64,000 nucleotides of DNA from Bacteroidaceae bacterium (lineage in GTDB: Bacteria; Bacteroidota; Bacteroidia; Bacteroidales; Bacteroidaceae). The stretch covers positions 9,646 to 73,645 of the forward strand of contig CAVHUZ010000001.1 of assembly GCA_963639545.1 (NCBI GenBank), read 5' to 3'. The notes beneath the pieces are model-generated. The model ran no database searches and had not been told where the DNA came from. It saw nothing but the letters and a program-made list of their open reading frames with translations. How positions within the stretch are numbered: the first letter of the stretch is position 1; every line of letters begins with the position of its first letter. The position numbers and the translations under genes are program-made. This document shows positions 9,347 through 18,939 of the stretch, piece by piece.

Positions 9347-9562
9347 CAGCGTTAAGTGAAGAAAACCTAAATTATAGCAATACTACCGGAGCCAAACCCA
9401 GCATATCCGATACACAAAACAGATATCGCCACCATCCGTTTACAACTCTGGAAGCACTTATATAAATAAGGTGTAGCAACGTCCTGTGTCGTCATACGTC
9501 ACGGGATAAAGCCATCTAATTAGGAAGACTGTAACATACTAACAACCTAGAAATACAGAATT

Positions 9563-12500
9563 ATGAATTTGAACTTCAGAAAGACATTGCTGCTTGCTAG
9601 CGCATGTACGGCTCTTGGTGTAGCTTATTCACCATCCGTGTATGCTGCAGGTGAGAGTACTGCTATTCAGGCAGTGCAGCAACAGAAAGCTGTTAAGGGT
9701 ACGGTAAGTGATGCCAATGGTCCCGTCATCGGTGCCACCATCATGGAGAAAGGTACCAGTAATGGAACAGTTACCGACCTAGACGGTAACTTTACGCTGA
9801 ACGTTAAGCCAGGAGCAACGCTCGTGGTTTCTTACGTGGGTTACAAAACACAGGAAGTGGCTGTGGGAAACAACAGCAGCTTCACACTGACACTGGAAGA
9901 AGACAACACCAGCTTGGACGAAGTGGTAGTTGTGGGTTACGGTGTTCAGAAGAAAAAGCTCGTTACCGGTGCTACTGTAGAGATCAAGGGTGACGACGTT
10001 GCTAAGATGAATACCACCCAGGCATTGGGCGCTTTGCAGAGCATGAGCCCTGGTGTACAGATCATGAACAACTCTGGTAAGCCTGGTGACGGCTTCAACG
10101 TGAACATCCGTGGTGCTGGTACCAATGGTAACACCGCTCCTCTCTACGTTATCGACGGTGTAGCTGGTGGTGATATCAACTCAATCAACCCTGCCGATAT
10201 CGAGCGTATCGACGTGCTCAAGGATGCTGCTTCGGCTGCCATCTATGGTGCTCGTGCTGCTAACGGTGTGATCCTCGTGACCACAAAGCAAGGTAAGGAA
10301 GGTAAGATCTCTGTAAGCTATGATGGCAATATCGGCTGGCAGAACGTTTACAAGATGGCTACCCCATTGACAGCTAAGGAATATATGAACGCACAGGATA
10401 TGATGCGCTTCAACCAAGGCTTGTCTACTTATGACTGGAGCGAGTTTATCGACGCTGACTTGCTAGAGGCTTATCAGAACGGAACCAACCCTGGTACCAA
10501 CTGGCTCGAGGCTCTTCGCAACAAGAACGCTATCACAACTAACCATGCACTGAACATCGCTGGTGGTACAGATCGTAGCCACTTCAGCATCGGTACAGGT
10601 TATCAGCTCCAGGAAGGTACCTTCGGTAACCCTGCTCCTTCTAACTATCGTCGTTTCACCTTCCGTATCAACTCGGATCACGTGTTGCTCCGCGCAGCCG
10701 ATGGACGCGACGTCATCAAGGTAGGCGAGAACGTTTACTATCAGCACGCACAGACTAAGGGTATCCAGAATGGTAACCAATACAGCAATACCATCTCTAC
10801 CGCATTGCGCGCTAACCCATGTATTCCTATCTATAATAGCAAGGGTGAATACTTCTCTTATGATGACTTGATTGCTTCAGGCTCTGCTTCTAATGGTTGG
10901 CTCAAGTACAATCAGTACTCTAGCAACCCACAGGCATTGCTCTCTTACACAGCTGCTTCTAACAATAAGAGTCGTAACTTCAACCTCAGCGCAGTAGGAT
11001 TTGTTGAGGTTTCTCCTATCAAGAACTTGAAATACCGCGGTCAGATCGCATACAAATCTTACGCTGCATCTTACAAGGGCTTGACCAACTCTTATCATAT
11101 CAATGACTCTTCAGACGGTATGAAGAGTGATGCATCTCTCGAACAGAACCAGACTATCGGTTGGAACTGGGCTACTACCAATACCTTAAACTATATCTTC
11201 GATGTGAAAGAACATCACTTCGACGCATTGGTAGGTATGGAGTACTCACGCGAAGGTAACGATATGGGCGACTATATGTCTGCTAACGCTAAGGGATTCC
11301 TCTTCGAAGGACAAGGCCTTAAGTATGCTTACCTTTCTAACTTCACCGGTCGTACATCTGCGTCTGTAACTGGTACACCTGCAAGCAACGACCACTCACT
11401 GCTCTCTTACTTCGGTCGTATCAACTATGACTGGAAGGAAACTTACATGTTGAGCTTGATTATGCGTGCCGATGGTTCTTCTAACTTCGCCGACGGACAC
11501 CGCTGGGGTTGGTTCCCATCAGTGAGTGCTGGTTGGGTTGTTACCAACGAGAACTTCATGAAGAACACCAGCAGCTGGCTCGATTACTTGAAGATCCGCG
11601 CTAGCTGGGGTCAGAATGGTAACGAGAACATCGGTCAGTTCATGTACACAGGTACATTCGCTTTCGGTGCTAACGGTCTCTATTCTTTCAACCAGGATAA
11701 GGACAATGGTACACAGGGTGGTTATCCCGCACGTCTTGCTAACCCTGACGTGACATGGGAAACATCTGAACAGCTCAACATCGGTTTCGATGCACGCTTC
11801 CTCGCAGGTCGTTTGGGCTTCAACTTCGACTGGTACAACAAGAAGACTAAGGACCTTTTGCTCTACGTTCCATTGTCTCCTGAAAACGGTTTCGACGGTT
11901 GGTATGACAACGCAGGTACTGTAGAGAACAAGGGTATCGAAGTAGCAGTGAACTGGCGTGACCGCATCGGTTCTGACTTCAACTACTCTCTCAACTGGAA
12001 CCTTGCTTACAACAAGAACAATGTGACTGAGGTGAACAACGCAAATGGTTACATCAACGGTGACCAAAACCTCCTCTCACAGGGTACTACACAGATCTCT
12101 CGTTTCGAACAAGGTCATCCTCTCGGCTTCTTCTATGGATACAAGACTGGTGGCGTGATTCAGAACGCATCTGATCTTCAGACTTACATCGAGCAGAATT
12201 GTAGCGGTGACGCTGCCAACTCTCTCCAAGGATCAGCTCTTAAGCCAGGTGACTTGAAGTATCTCGACGTTAACGGCGATGGCAAAATCTCTGAAGAAGA
12301 CAAGACCGAAATCGGTAATCCTCACCCAGACGTAACCATGGGCTTCGGCTTCTCTATCGGTTACAAGGGCTTCGACTTGGGCGCTACATTCTATGCAGCT
12401 CTCGGCCAGCAGGTAGCTAAGTCTTATCGCCGCTTCGGTGATGGCGCTGTGGACAACTTCACAACTACCGAATTCTACAAATATTGGAACGGAGAAGGTT

Positions 12501-12829
12501 CTGCTACTGGCCTGCCAATCTTGACAGCAGGTAACTATGGCTCTAACTTTATCAACATTTCTGACATCTATGTACAAGACGCAAGCTACTTGAGACTACA
12601 AAACCTCACCGTAGGTTACGACTTTACAAAGCTCTGGAAGAACAGCCCATTCCAGCAACTACGCCTCTACTTTACCGCTCAGAACCTCTTCACAATCACT
12701 GGTTATGATGGTATGGATCCCGAATGCGGTACTGCACTTAACAGCTCTAACCCATGGCAGATCGGTGTTGACGTTGGTAACTTCCCAACACCTCGTACCT
12801 ACATGGTTGGTGTAAACATTAAATTCTAA
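9563..12829 (+). CDS. susC: SusC/RagA TonB-dependent transporter
   Basis: LDEVVVVGYG, PLYVIDG, IDVLKDAASAAIYGARAANGVILVTTK, NPDVTWET, C-terminal F. Confidence 0.97.
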   Translation: MNLNFRKTLLLASACTALGVAYSPSVYAAGESTAIQAVQQQKAVKGTVSDANGPVIGATIMEKGTSNGTVTDLDGNFTLNVKPGATLVVSYVGYKTQEVAVGNNSSFTLTLEEDNTSLDEVVVVGYGVQKKKLVTGATVEIKGDDVAKMNTTQALGALQSMSPGVQIMNNSGKPGDGFNVNIRGAGTNGNTAPLYVIDGVAGGDINSINPADIERIDVLKDAASAAIYGARAANGVILVTTKQGKEGKISVSYDGNIGWQNVYKMATPLTAKEYMNAQDMMRFNQGLSTYDWSEFIDADLLEAYQNGTNPGTNWLEALRNKNAITTNHALNIAGGTDRSHFSIGTGYQLQEGTFGNPAPSNYRRFTFRINSDHVLLRAADGRDVIKVGENVYYQHAQTKGIQNGNQYSNTISTALRANPCIPIYNSKGEYFSYDDLIASGSASNGWLKYNQYSSNPQALLSYTAASNNKSRNFNLSAVGFVEVSPIKNLKYRGQIAYKSYAASYKGLTNSYHINDSSDGMKSDASLEQNQTIGWNWATTNTLNYIFDVKEHHFDALVGMEYSREGNDMGDYMSANAKGFLFEGQGLKYAYLSNFTGRTSASVTGTPASNDHSLLSYFGRINYDWKETYMLSLIMRADGSSNFADGHRWGWFPSVSAGWVVTNENFMKNTSSWLDYLKIRASWGQNGNENIGQFMYTGTFAFGANGLYSFNQDKDNGTQGGYPARLANPDVTWETSEQLNIGFDARFLAGRLGFNFDWYNKKTKDLLLYVPLSPENGFDGWYDNAGTVENKGIEVAVNWRDRIGSDFNYSLNWNLAYNKNNVTEVNNANGYINGDQNLLSQGTTQISRFEQGHPLGFFYGYKTGGVIQNASDLQTYIEQNCSGDAANSLQGSALKPGDLKYLDVNGDGKISEEDKTEIGNPHPDVTMGFGFSIGYKGFDLGATFYAALGQQVAKSYRRFGDGAVDNFTTTEFYKYWNGEGSATGLPILTAGNYGSNFINISDIYVQDASYLRLQNLTVGYDFTKLWKNSPFQQLRLYFTAQNLFTITGYDGMDPECGTALNSSNPWQIGVDVGNFPTPRTYMVGVNIKF

Positions 12830-12842
12830 ATCGATACTACAA

Positions 12843-14651
12843 ATGAAGACAATTAAATATTTATTAGGTGCAGCATTACTGGGCGTCGGTTTGACCTCTT
12901 GTACGCTTGATGCTGTCAACTATACAGAAAAGAGCACCGAGAACTACCCTACTACTTCTTCGGACGCTCAGCAGGCATTGGCCGGTGTTTATCAAAACTT
13001 GAACAAAGTAAACGCCAACCCTCAGTGTTCATTCCTATATGCAGCACAGCTCGCTAGTGATGATTGCTTGGGCGGCGGTGGTAGCAATGACCAACTCATG
13101 CAGGCTGAGGACTTGCTCCTTAATGCCGGTACTGACATGACTTGGCAGTTCTACAAGGACCGTTACGAAGGTATCAACCGTGCCAACGCACTGATTGACG
13201 CGCTCAACAACATCTCCGTAGAAAACGAATCTGATAAGCAGCAGTGGCTAGGTGAGGCTAAATTCCTCCGCGGCTTCTACTATTATGAACTCGCATCTCT
13301 CTACGGACGCATCAAGGTGGTAACCTCTTCTACACCACAAGACTCTATTTCACAGGCTGCTCCTGCTCATACTTGGGGTCAGATCTTGATGGATCTTCGT
13401 GACGCAGCTAAGAATATGCCTGCTGTTAGAAAGACAGATGGTCACGTAGACCGCTACACTGCTGAGGCAATGTTGGGTCGTGCATGGTTGTTCTACACAG
13501 GTATGTACTGCAACGGTGAGTCACTCGAAGGAATGACTAGCACCAACTATAAGCCTCTCGAGAGCGTTGCACTTCCTGACGGAACCACGCTGACCAAGTC
13601 TGAGGTTATCTCTTACATCGACGATTGTGTCAACAACTCTGGCTATAGCCTCGTTAGCGACTATCGTAACCTTTGGGCCTACACCAACAGATACACTGTA
13701 GAAGACTACAACTACACCGCTGGTAAGGGTCTGCAATGGGTAGAAAACGACAACAACGTGAACCCAGAGTCAATGTTCGCCATCCATTATAACAAGCGTG
13801 CATCATGGTCTACCACCATCGGTTACGCTAATGGATACGCTCTCCACTTCGGTGTTCGTGGTCAGTCTACCTACACTTGCTTCCCATTCGGTACAGGTTG
13901 GGGTGCAGGACCTGTCGCACCAAACTTGCTGAGCGACTGGAATGCAGAAGAAGCAACCGTTGACGGCCGTGACGTACGTCGCGATGCAACTATCGCTGAC
14001 CTCTCTTCATATGCTGATTACAAGTGGGGTGGTGACAACAACGTACAGGAAACAGCTCTCCACTCAAAGAAATGGTCTCCTATCACTGCCTATAACGACG
14101 GTTCTGTAACCGACGCTGATGGTAACAAAGTGGACATTCCTTGTTTCGAGGAGCTCATGTATGGCAACACCGGTGGTGAAAGTGGTGGTTACGGATCTAA
14201 CCTCCAGCTTGACAACATCCACGACTTGGTACTCATCCGCTTCGCTGATGTACTCTTGATGCAGAGCGAGTTGAAGGAAGATGTAAGTGGTATCAACCGC
14301 GTTCGTGCTCGTGCTGGTCTTCCAGCAATCAGCTCTTACTCTCTCAAAGCACTTCAGGACGAACGTCGTTGGGAGTTCGCAGGTGAGGGTATCCGTTGGA
14401 ATGACATCCGCCGTTGGCACATTGCTGCCGACTGTCTCGACAAGCAGGCTGGTGTAGATATCCACTATCTCGGCAATGCAGGTAAGAACTACGCACAGAA
14501 GGGCGGCTATAAGGCACGTTACAATGCTACCGCTGGTTTCTTCAAGATTCCTGAACAAGCAATCGATCTTAGCAGTGGCTCAATGACCCAGAACCCAGGT
14601 TGGTCTGGCACAGAGGGTCAGTATACTGGCTGGATAGATAGCAATAACTAA
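12843..14651 (+). CDS. susD: SusD/RagB glycan-binding lipoprotein
   Basis: Lipobox LTSC; GEAKFLRGFYY, IRFADVLLM, ERRWEFAGEGIRWNDIRRW, QNPGW. Confidence 0.95.
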   Translation: MKTIKYLLGAALLGVGLTSCTLDAVNYTEKSTENYPTTSSDAQQALAGVYQNLNKVNANPQCSFLYAAQLASDDCLGGGGSNDQLMQAEDLLLNAGTDMTWQFYKDRYEGINRANALIDALNNISVENESDKQQWLGEAKFLRGFYYYELASLYGRIKVVTSSTPQDSISQAAPAHTWGQILMDLRDAAKNMPAVRKTDGHVDRYTAEAMLGRAWLFYTGMYCNGESLEGMTSTNYKPLESVALPDGTTLTKSEVISYIDDCVNNSGYSLVSDYRNLWAYTNRYTVEDYNYTAGKGLQWVENDNNVNPESMFAIHYNKRASWSTTIGYANGYALHFGVRGQSTYTCFPFGTGWGAGPVAPNLLSDWNAEEATVDGRDVRRDATIADLSSYADYKWGGDNNVQETALHSKKWSPITAYNDGSVTDADGNKVDIPCFEELMYGNTGGESGGYGSNLQLDNIHDLVLIRFADVLLMQSELKEDVSGINRVRARAGLPAISSYSLKALQDERRWEFAGEGIRWNDIRRWHIAADCLDKQAGVDIHYLGNAGKNYAQKGGYKARYNATAGFFKIPEQAIDLSSGSMTQNPGWSGTEGQYTGWIDSNN

Positions 14652-14688
14652 CCATAATCTATAAGTTATTATTAACAAGACTATCATT

Positions 14689-16164
14689 ATGAAAAAGATA
14701 TTATTATGTTCGCTTGCTGTCATCGGCCTTCTTACAGCCTGTGATCCAGCAAAGGACGATATTACAGCTCCCGGTTCAAATATCACCGAGCAGCAACTGC
14801 ATGACGGTTTCAGCTATACGCAGTATGCAGACGAAGCTTGTACCACAGAACAGGCTGATGGTAACTACTTCAAATTTACTACGAGCCCATCTCGTCAAGT
14901 AGAGATCTATCAGGTAGATGCCGATGGCAATGAGACCAGTTTGGCTCATGGCGTTCAAGGAACGTTCAAACTCGCTCCTTCACGTGGCTCTAGCGCACAG
15001 CAGACTATCTACCTTCGCGCTTACAACTTTGACGGAACATACATCAAATCATCTTTGGAGGTAACCGTATATGTTCCTACCGAGCTTGAACCATCAGCTA
15101 AGTTGCTCTGCAGCGAGAATGGCGCCAAGACATGGAAGTGGGATACCACAGCTCCTAACGGTCGTGTTTGGGGTAACATGGGTAGCGGTGGCGCTTCATC
15201 AGGTAAGTCACTTGCCCTCACAGGCGATGGCGAATGGTGGGGTGTAACCAGCGAGGAAGAATTCCTTGGCCAGGTTAACCACACTGAAGATGGTAAGGCA
15301 CACGGTGACGAAAGCATGGATGCTACCATGGTATTCAGCGAAGATGGTACTGTGACTTGCTACAATGCAGAAGGTCAGCAGATCCGTAAGGGTAAGTATG
15401 CCGTACAAGATTACGATCCTACTTATAGCAAGAGCACTATGAAGGTAGGTATCTTGCATACCGATCCAGGTGTGATCCTCTTCCCATACGAGATCAATTC
15501 AGGTGGAAATATGCCTACCGACTTTGAGATTGCTTATCTCTCACCAGGTCGATTGGTTCTCTCTTATCCTGACAAGGGTCAGTGGAACTATGACGGTTCA
15601 GGTTGGACAGAAGGTACATTCTGGATGTTCAAGAGCACTGAAGACGGTTTCGGATGTCTCACCGACTATGATAGCGCTACATGGACTTGGGCTGCAGAAG
15701 GTACCGAATGGGGTAACTGCGGTTACGAAGGCTTCGCTACTGGTGGCGCATCAAGCTTGACTGGCAACACATGGTGGTGCGTAGACAAGGGTCTTGCAGA
15801 GCAGATTGCTAAGTACGGCTATGGTTTCAACGATGATGAGAGTGCTACTATGACCTTCAGCTCTGACGGTAAGCTCGTTAAGAGTAGCGGTGGTAAGGGT
15901 ACCTTTAGCTTCGATGGCACTAAGACAAATGACCTCGGTGGCTGGAACGAAGGCACAACTTGGGGTCGCTTGACCACCACTGGTGATGGCGTCTTGTTCC
16001 CAGTACGTATCAATGCAGGTACAACTGTCAACGAATTTGACGTAGTTTACTTCGACGACAACAACCTCGTACTCTGCTATCCTAACTATGCTAAGGGCAC
16101 AGACGGTGCTGAAGGCAGCTGGCAGGAAGGTACTTTCTGGCGCTTCGTAAAGGTAGCAAAGTAA
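14689..16164 (+). CDS. Surface lipoprotein, putative glycan-binding protein with a tandemly duplicated Trp-rich domain
   Basis: Lipobox LTAC, directly after susD; two ~170-aa repeats ending in W.EGTFW.F. Confidence 0.75.
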   Translation: MKKILLCSLAVIGLLTACDPAKDDITAPGSNITEQQLHDGFSYTQYADEACTTEQADGNYFKFTTSPSRQVEIYQVDADGNETSLAHGVQGTFKLAPSRGSSAQQTIYLRAYNFDGTYIKSSLEVTVYVPTELEPSAKLLCSENGAKTWKWDTTAPNGRVWGNMGSGGASSGKSLALTGDGEWWGVTSEEEFLGQVNHTEDGKAHGDESMDATMVFSEDGTVTCYNAEGQQIRKGKYAVQDYDPTYSKSTMKVGILHTDPGVILFPYEINSGGNMPTDFEIAYLSPGRLVLSYPDKGQWNYDGSGWTEGTFWMFKSTEDGFGCLTDYDSATWTWAAEGTEWGNCGYEGFATGGASSLTGNTWWCVDKGLAEQIAKYGYGFNDDESATMTFSSDGKLVKSSGGKGTFSFDGTKTNDLGGWNEGTTWGRLTTTGDGVLFPVRINAGTTVNEFDVVYFDDNNLVLCYPNYAKGTDGAEGSWQEGTFWRFVKVAK

Positions 16165-16223
16165 GATAAGGGAATGAACGCAGCGTGAAAGCGCCAAAGT
16201 TCATTATCCACAGATAACTTATC

Positions 16224-16260
16224 ACTCGCTGACAATGCTTAAATTGTCAGCGAGTTTTTT
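16224..16260 (+). terminator. Intrinsic terminator of the susC operon
   Basis: ACTCGCTGACAAT / ATTGTCAGCGAGT stem plus T tract. Confidence 0.85.
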
Positions 16261-16325
16261 GTTGTTCCTGTTTATTTTTGTTATTTTTGCATGTGCAAAA
16301 TAAAACCTAACAAAACATTCAACCC

Positions 16326-17075
16326 ATGAATCTGAAATCATCTAGACGCCCCATCATAACCTCATTGTTGCTCGTCGTATGTGCGGTAGTATCATCGTTG
16401 TTCGCCGTGAGTTGCGGCAACTCATCCACATCAGTATCTTGTAACATTGAAGGCACAGCTCCCACGAGTCTTAACGGTAAGAAGATCTACCTCGTTCCGC
16501 TCTTCGGTCCGCGCGACAAAGCCCACGTCGACTCTGCCGTAGTCACCGATGGTAAGTTCCAAATCAGCACCGACACCCTTATGATGGCGATGCTTCGTGT
16601 AGACTTTATGGCACGCTTTGGCACACAAGACTTGCTCGTTGTGACCGAGGATGGCACGATTCATGCCACTATTGGCGCCTTGAGTCATGCCGGAGGAACG
16701 CCCCTTAACGACTCTCTTCAGGTGTGGAAAGATCTTACCGAGGCTTGTAAGAAAGAGCAGAAAGACCTTTATGTCAGTTCGCGAAAATACTTTGAGGACA
16801 AGCAAAAGCTAGAGGCAACCAAGCAACAAGCCATTTCCATTCAGAATGCATACCTTGCTCGCACCCGTCAGATGAAAGCCAACGTGAAGCCAAGTGTGCT
16901 ATATGATTTCTTCGAAAAGATGCTACCCGACTCAACAGACACCTCAAAGCCATCTAAACAAGCCCCCAAAGCATCTGCGCAGGCCCCGAATGCGACAACC
17001 AAGAAAGCCAACGCAACCGCCCCGACCGCTGCTTCAGCACATGTCGAGGCACCATCTATCAACATAAAACGATAA
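16326..17075 (+). CDS. DUF4369-domain lipoprotein with low-complexity C-terminal tail
   Basis: Lipobox AVSC; VDSAVVTDGKF, GGTPLNDSLQ.WK; own TATTTTTG box at 16282-16289. Confidence 0.7.
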   Translation: MNLKSSRRPIITSLLLVVCAVVSSLFAVSCGNSSTSVSCNIEGTAPTSLNGKKIYLVPLFGPRDKAHVDSAVVTDGKFQISTDTLMMAMLRVDFMARFGTQDLLVVTEDGTIHATIGALSHAGGTPLNDSLQVWKDLTEACKKEQKDLYVSSRKYFEDKQKLEATKQQAISIQNAYLARTRQMKANVKPSVLYDFFEKMLPDSTDTSKPSKQAPKASAQAPNATTKKANATAPTAASAHVEAPSINIKR

Positions 17076-17085
17076 TACCCCCACC

Positions 17086-18897
17086 ATGAAACACTTGGTA
17101 GAAAAGTATTGGAAACTCGCCCTCTCCCTGCTCTTTGCCCTTGGCGTCGTGCTCTTTTGGGCCTTCCCATACGTGAGCGCCCTCAGTTATCAAGAGCAAT
17201 ATCAGCTGTTCCTCTTTGATGGCAGCTATTTTTCAGAGCGCATCAGTGTACCCGGAGGTTTGGCAGATTACGTTGCCGAGTTTCTCACCCAGTTCTATTA
17301 CGTCTACGTCCTAGGAGCGATCTTCATTGCGTTGCTCTACTTTGGGCTGCAGCGCACCACCTGGCGACTGATGCAGCGCAGTGGTGCTGACTCCCAATAT
17401 TACCCCCTCAGTTTCTTACCCACCATCCTTTTGTGGGCATATATGGGCAACGAGAATGTGTTGCTCGCCTTTGTTGTAGCCCTCTTCGGGGTGCAACTCC
17501 TCTCTCTCCTCTATCTTTCCCTCAGCACACACCGACATGACAAGTGGTCCCTACCGCTTTTCCTGCTTGTCACGATCCCCGCCGTCTATTGGTTGCTAGG
17601 CGCTGTGGTGTGGGTGTATGTGGCTTTCGTAGCTCTTCATCAGCTCCTTTCAGCCCGTCGCTACCTCCTCGGTTTGGCCGCAGTGGTGCTGGCGCTAGCT
17701 AGCGTGAGCGTATGTTCCACCTTCTTACAGTACCCTTATTACAAGCTCTTTGGTGGTATCAATTACTTCCGCTACCCCGGTCTGATACCTTGGATGCAGT
17801 GGGTAGTCATGGCCGCATTTGCCCTCTTGCCCTTTGTGAGCAGTGTGTTGCGTAGCGCAAAAGGCAAAACCGCCGTGCTCAGTGGCGTGGCACAAACCAT
17901 CGTTCTCGCCGTCTTTGGCGTCTTCTTTGTGCGCTATAGCTTCAGCCCCGTGACCTATGAGATGATTGATTACGACTATCTTGTGCGCACCCACCAGTGG
18001 AACAAGATCATCAGCAAAGCCGAACACCAACCCGCCACCACACCCCTCAGCGTGTCATGTGTCAACCTTGCCCTTGCCATGACAGAGCAGTTGGACGACC
18101 GTATGTTTGAGTTCTATCAGAACGGGGCCGAAGGCCTCTTCCCCACTTTCACCCGCGACATGACCTCACCGCTCCCCACGAGCGAAGTGTTCTACCAGCT
18201 GGGTATGATCAACGATGCCGAACGCTACACCTTCGAGGCACAGGAAGCCATCCCCAACTATCGCAAGAGTGGCCGAATGATGAAGCGCTTGGTGCAAACC
18301 AATATCATCAATGGCAACTATAAGGTAGCCGAGAAGTATCTGCACATGCTTCAGAAGAGTCTTTTCTATCGTTCGTGGGCAGACGATCAGATGCGTTTCA
18401 TCGGTAACGACAAGGCCGTCAATGCCGACGAAGAGTATGGACGCCTACGCGATCTGCGCATCAAGCACACCGACTACCTCTTCTCTGACCAAGAGATGGA
18501 CCAGATGCTAGGAATGCTCTTGGTAGATAATAAGAAGTATAACAACCGCATGGCCTACGAATACTTGGTGGCATACGAACTCCTCCAACGCGATGTGGCC
18601 CGCTTCATGCAATACTATCCCTTGGGCAGATACTTCCAGTTTGCTCACATCCCCTATGCTATCCAACAGGTGTTGGTAGGCTCTTGGCTGCAGACCCACC
18701 AGTCCCTGCAAGGCATGCCTTACAGTGTGGACCAGCAGAACGTGCAGAGCACCATCCAGTTTATCCAGACCTACATGGCTGATCCTTCTAGCCCAGCTCT
18801 TTCCCAACCCCCTCTCTGCTATAACGCATGGCACTATCTCATGTCAGGAAAGAACGCCAAGAAGAAAGGAAAGGAAAAGATGAAGAATATCTATTGA
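17086..18897 (+). CDS. DUF6057-family polytopic membrane protein, copy 1
   Basis: About 9-10 hydrophobic segments then a helical soluble domain; YQEQYQLFL, EFLTQFYY, MAYEYL. Confidence 0.8.
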   Translation: MKHLVEKYWKLALSLLFALGVVLFWAFPYVSALSYQEQYQLFLFDGSYFSERISVPGGLADYVAEFLTQFYYVYVLGAIFIALLYFGLQRTTWRLMQRSGADSQYYPLSFLPTILLWAYMGNENVLLAFVVALFGVQLLSLLYLSLSTHRHDKWSLPLFLLVTIPAVYWLLGAVVWVYVAFVALHQLLSARRYLLGLAAVVLALASVSVCSTFLQYPYYKLFGGINYFRYPGLIPWMQWVVMAAFALLPFVSSVLRSAKGKTAVLSGVAQTIVLAVFGVFFVRYSFSPVTYEMIDYDYLVRTHQWNKIISKAEHQPATTPLSVSCVNLALAMTEQLDDRMFEFYQNGAEGLFPTFTRDMTSPLPTSEVFYQLGMINDAERYTFEAQEAIPNYRKSGRMMKRLVQTNIINGNYKVAEKYLHMLQKSLFYRSWADDQMRFIGNDKAVNADEEYGRLRDLRIKHTDYLFSDQEMDQMLGMLLVDNKKYNNRMAYEYLVAYELLQRDVARFMQYYPLGRYFQFAHIPYAIQQVLVGSWLQTHQSLQGMPYSVDQQNVQSTIQFIQTYMADPSSPALSQPPLCYNAWHYLMSGKNAKKKGKEKMKNIY

Positions 18898-18939
18898 TCC
18901 TTCCGCCCTGTTCTATCTCACCTATAGAATCACATCCGA

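Noticed and set aside
9350..9562. Cobalamin or TPP riboswitch in the long susC leader
   Set aside because: No recognisable B12-box or TPP CTGAGA core by eye; an Infernal search would be needed to exclude other motifs
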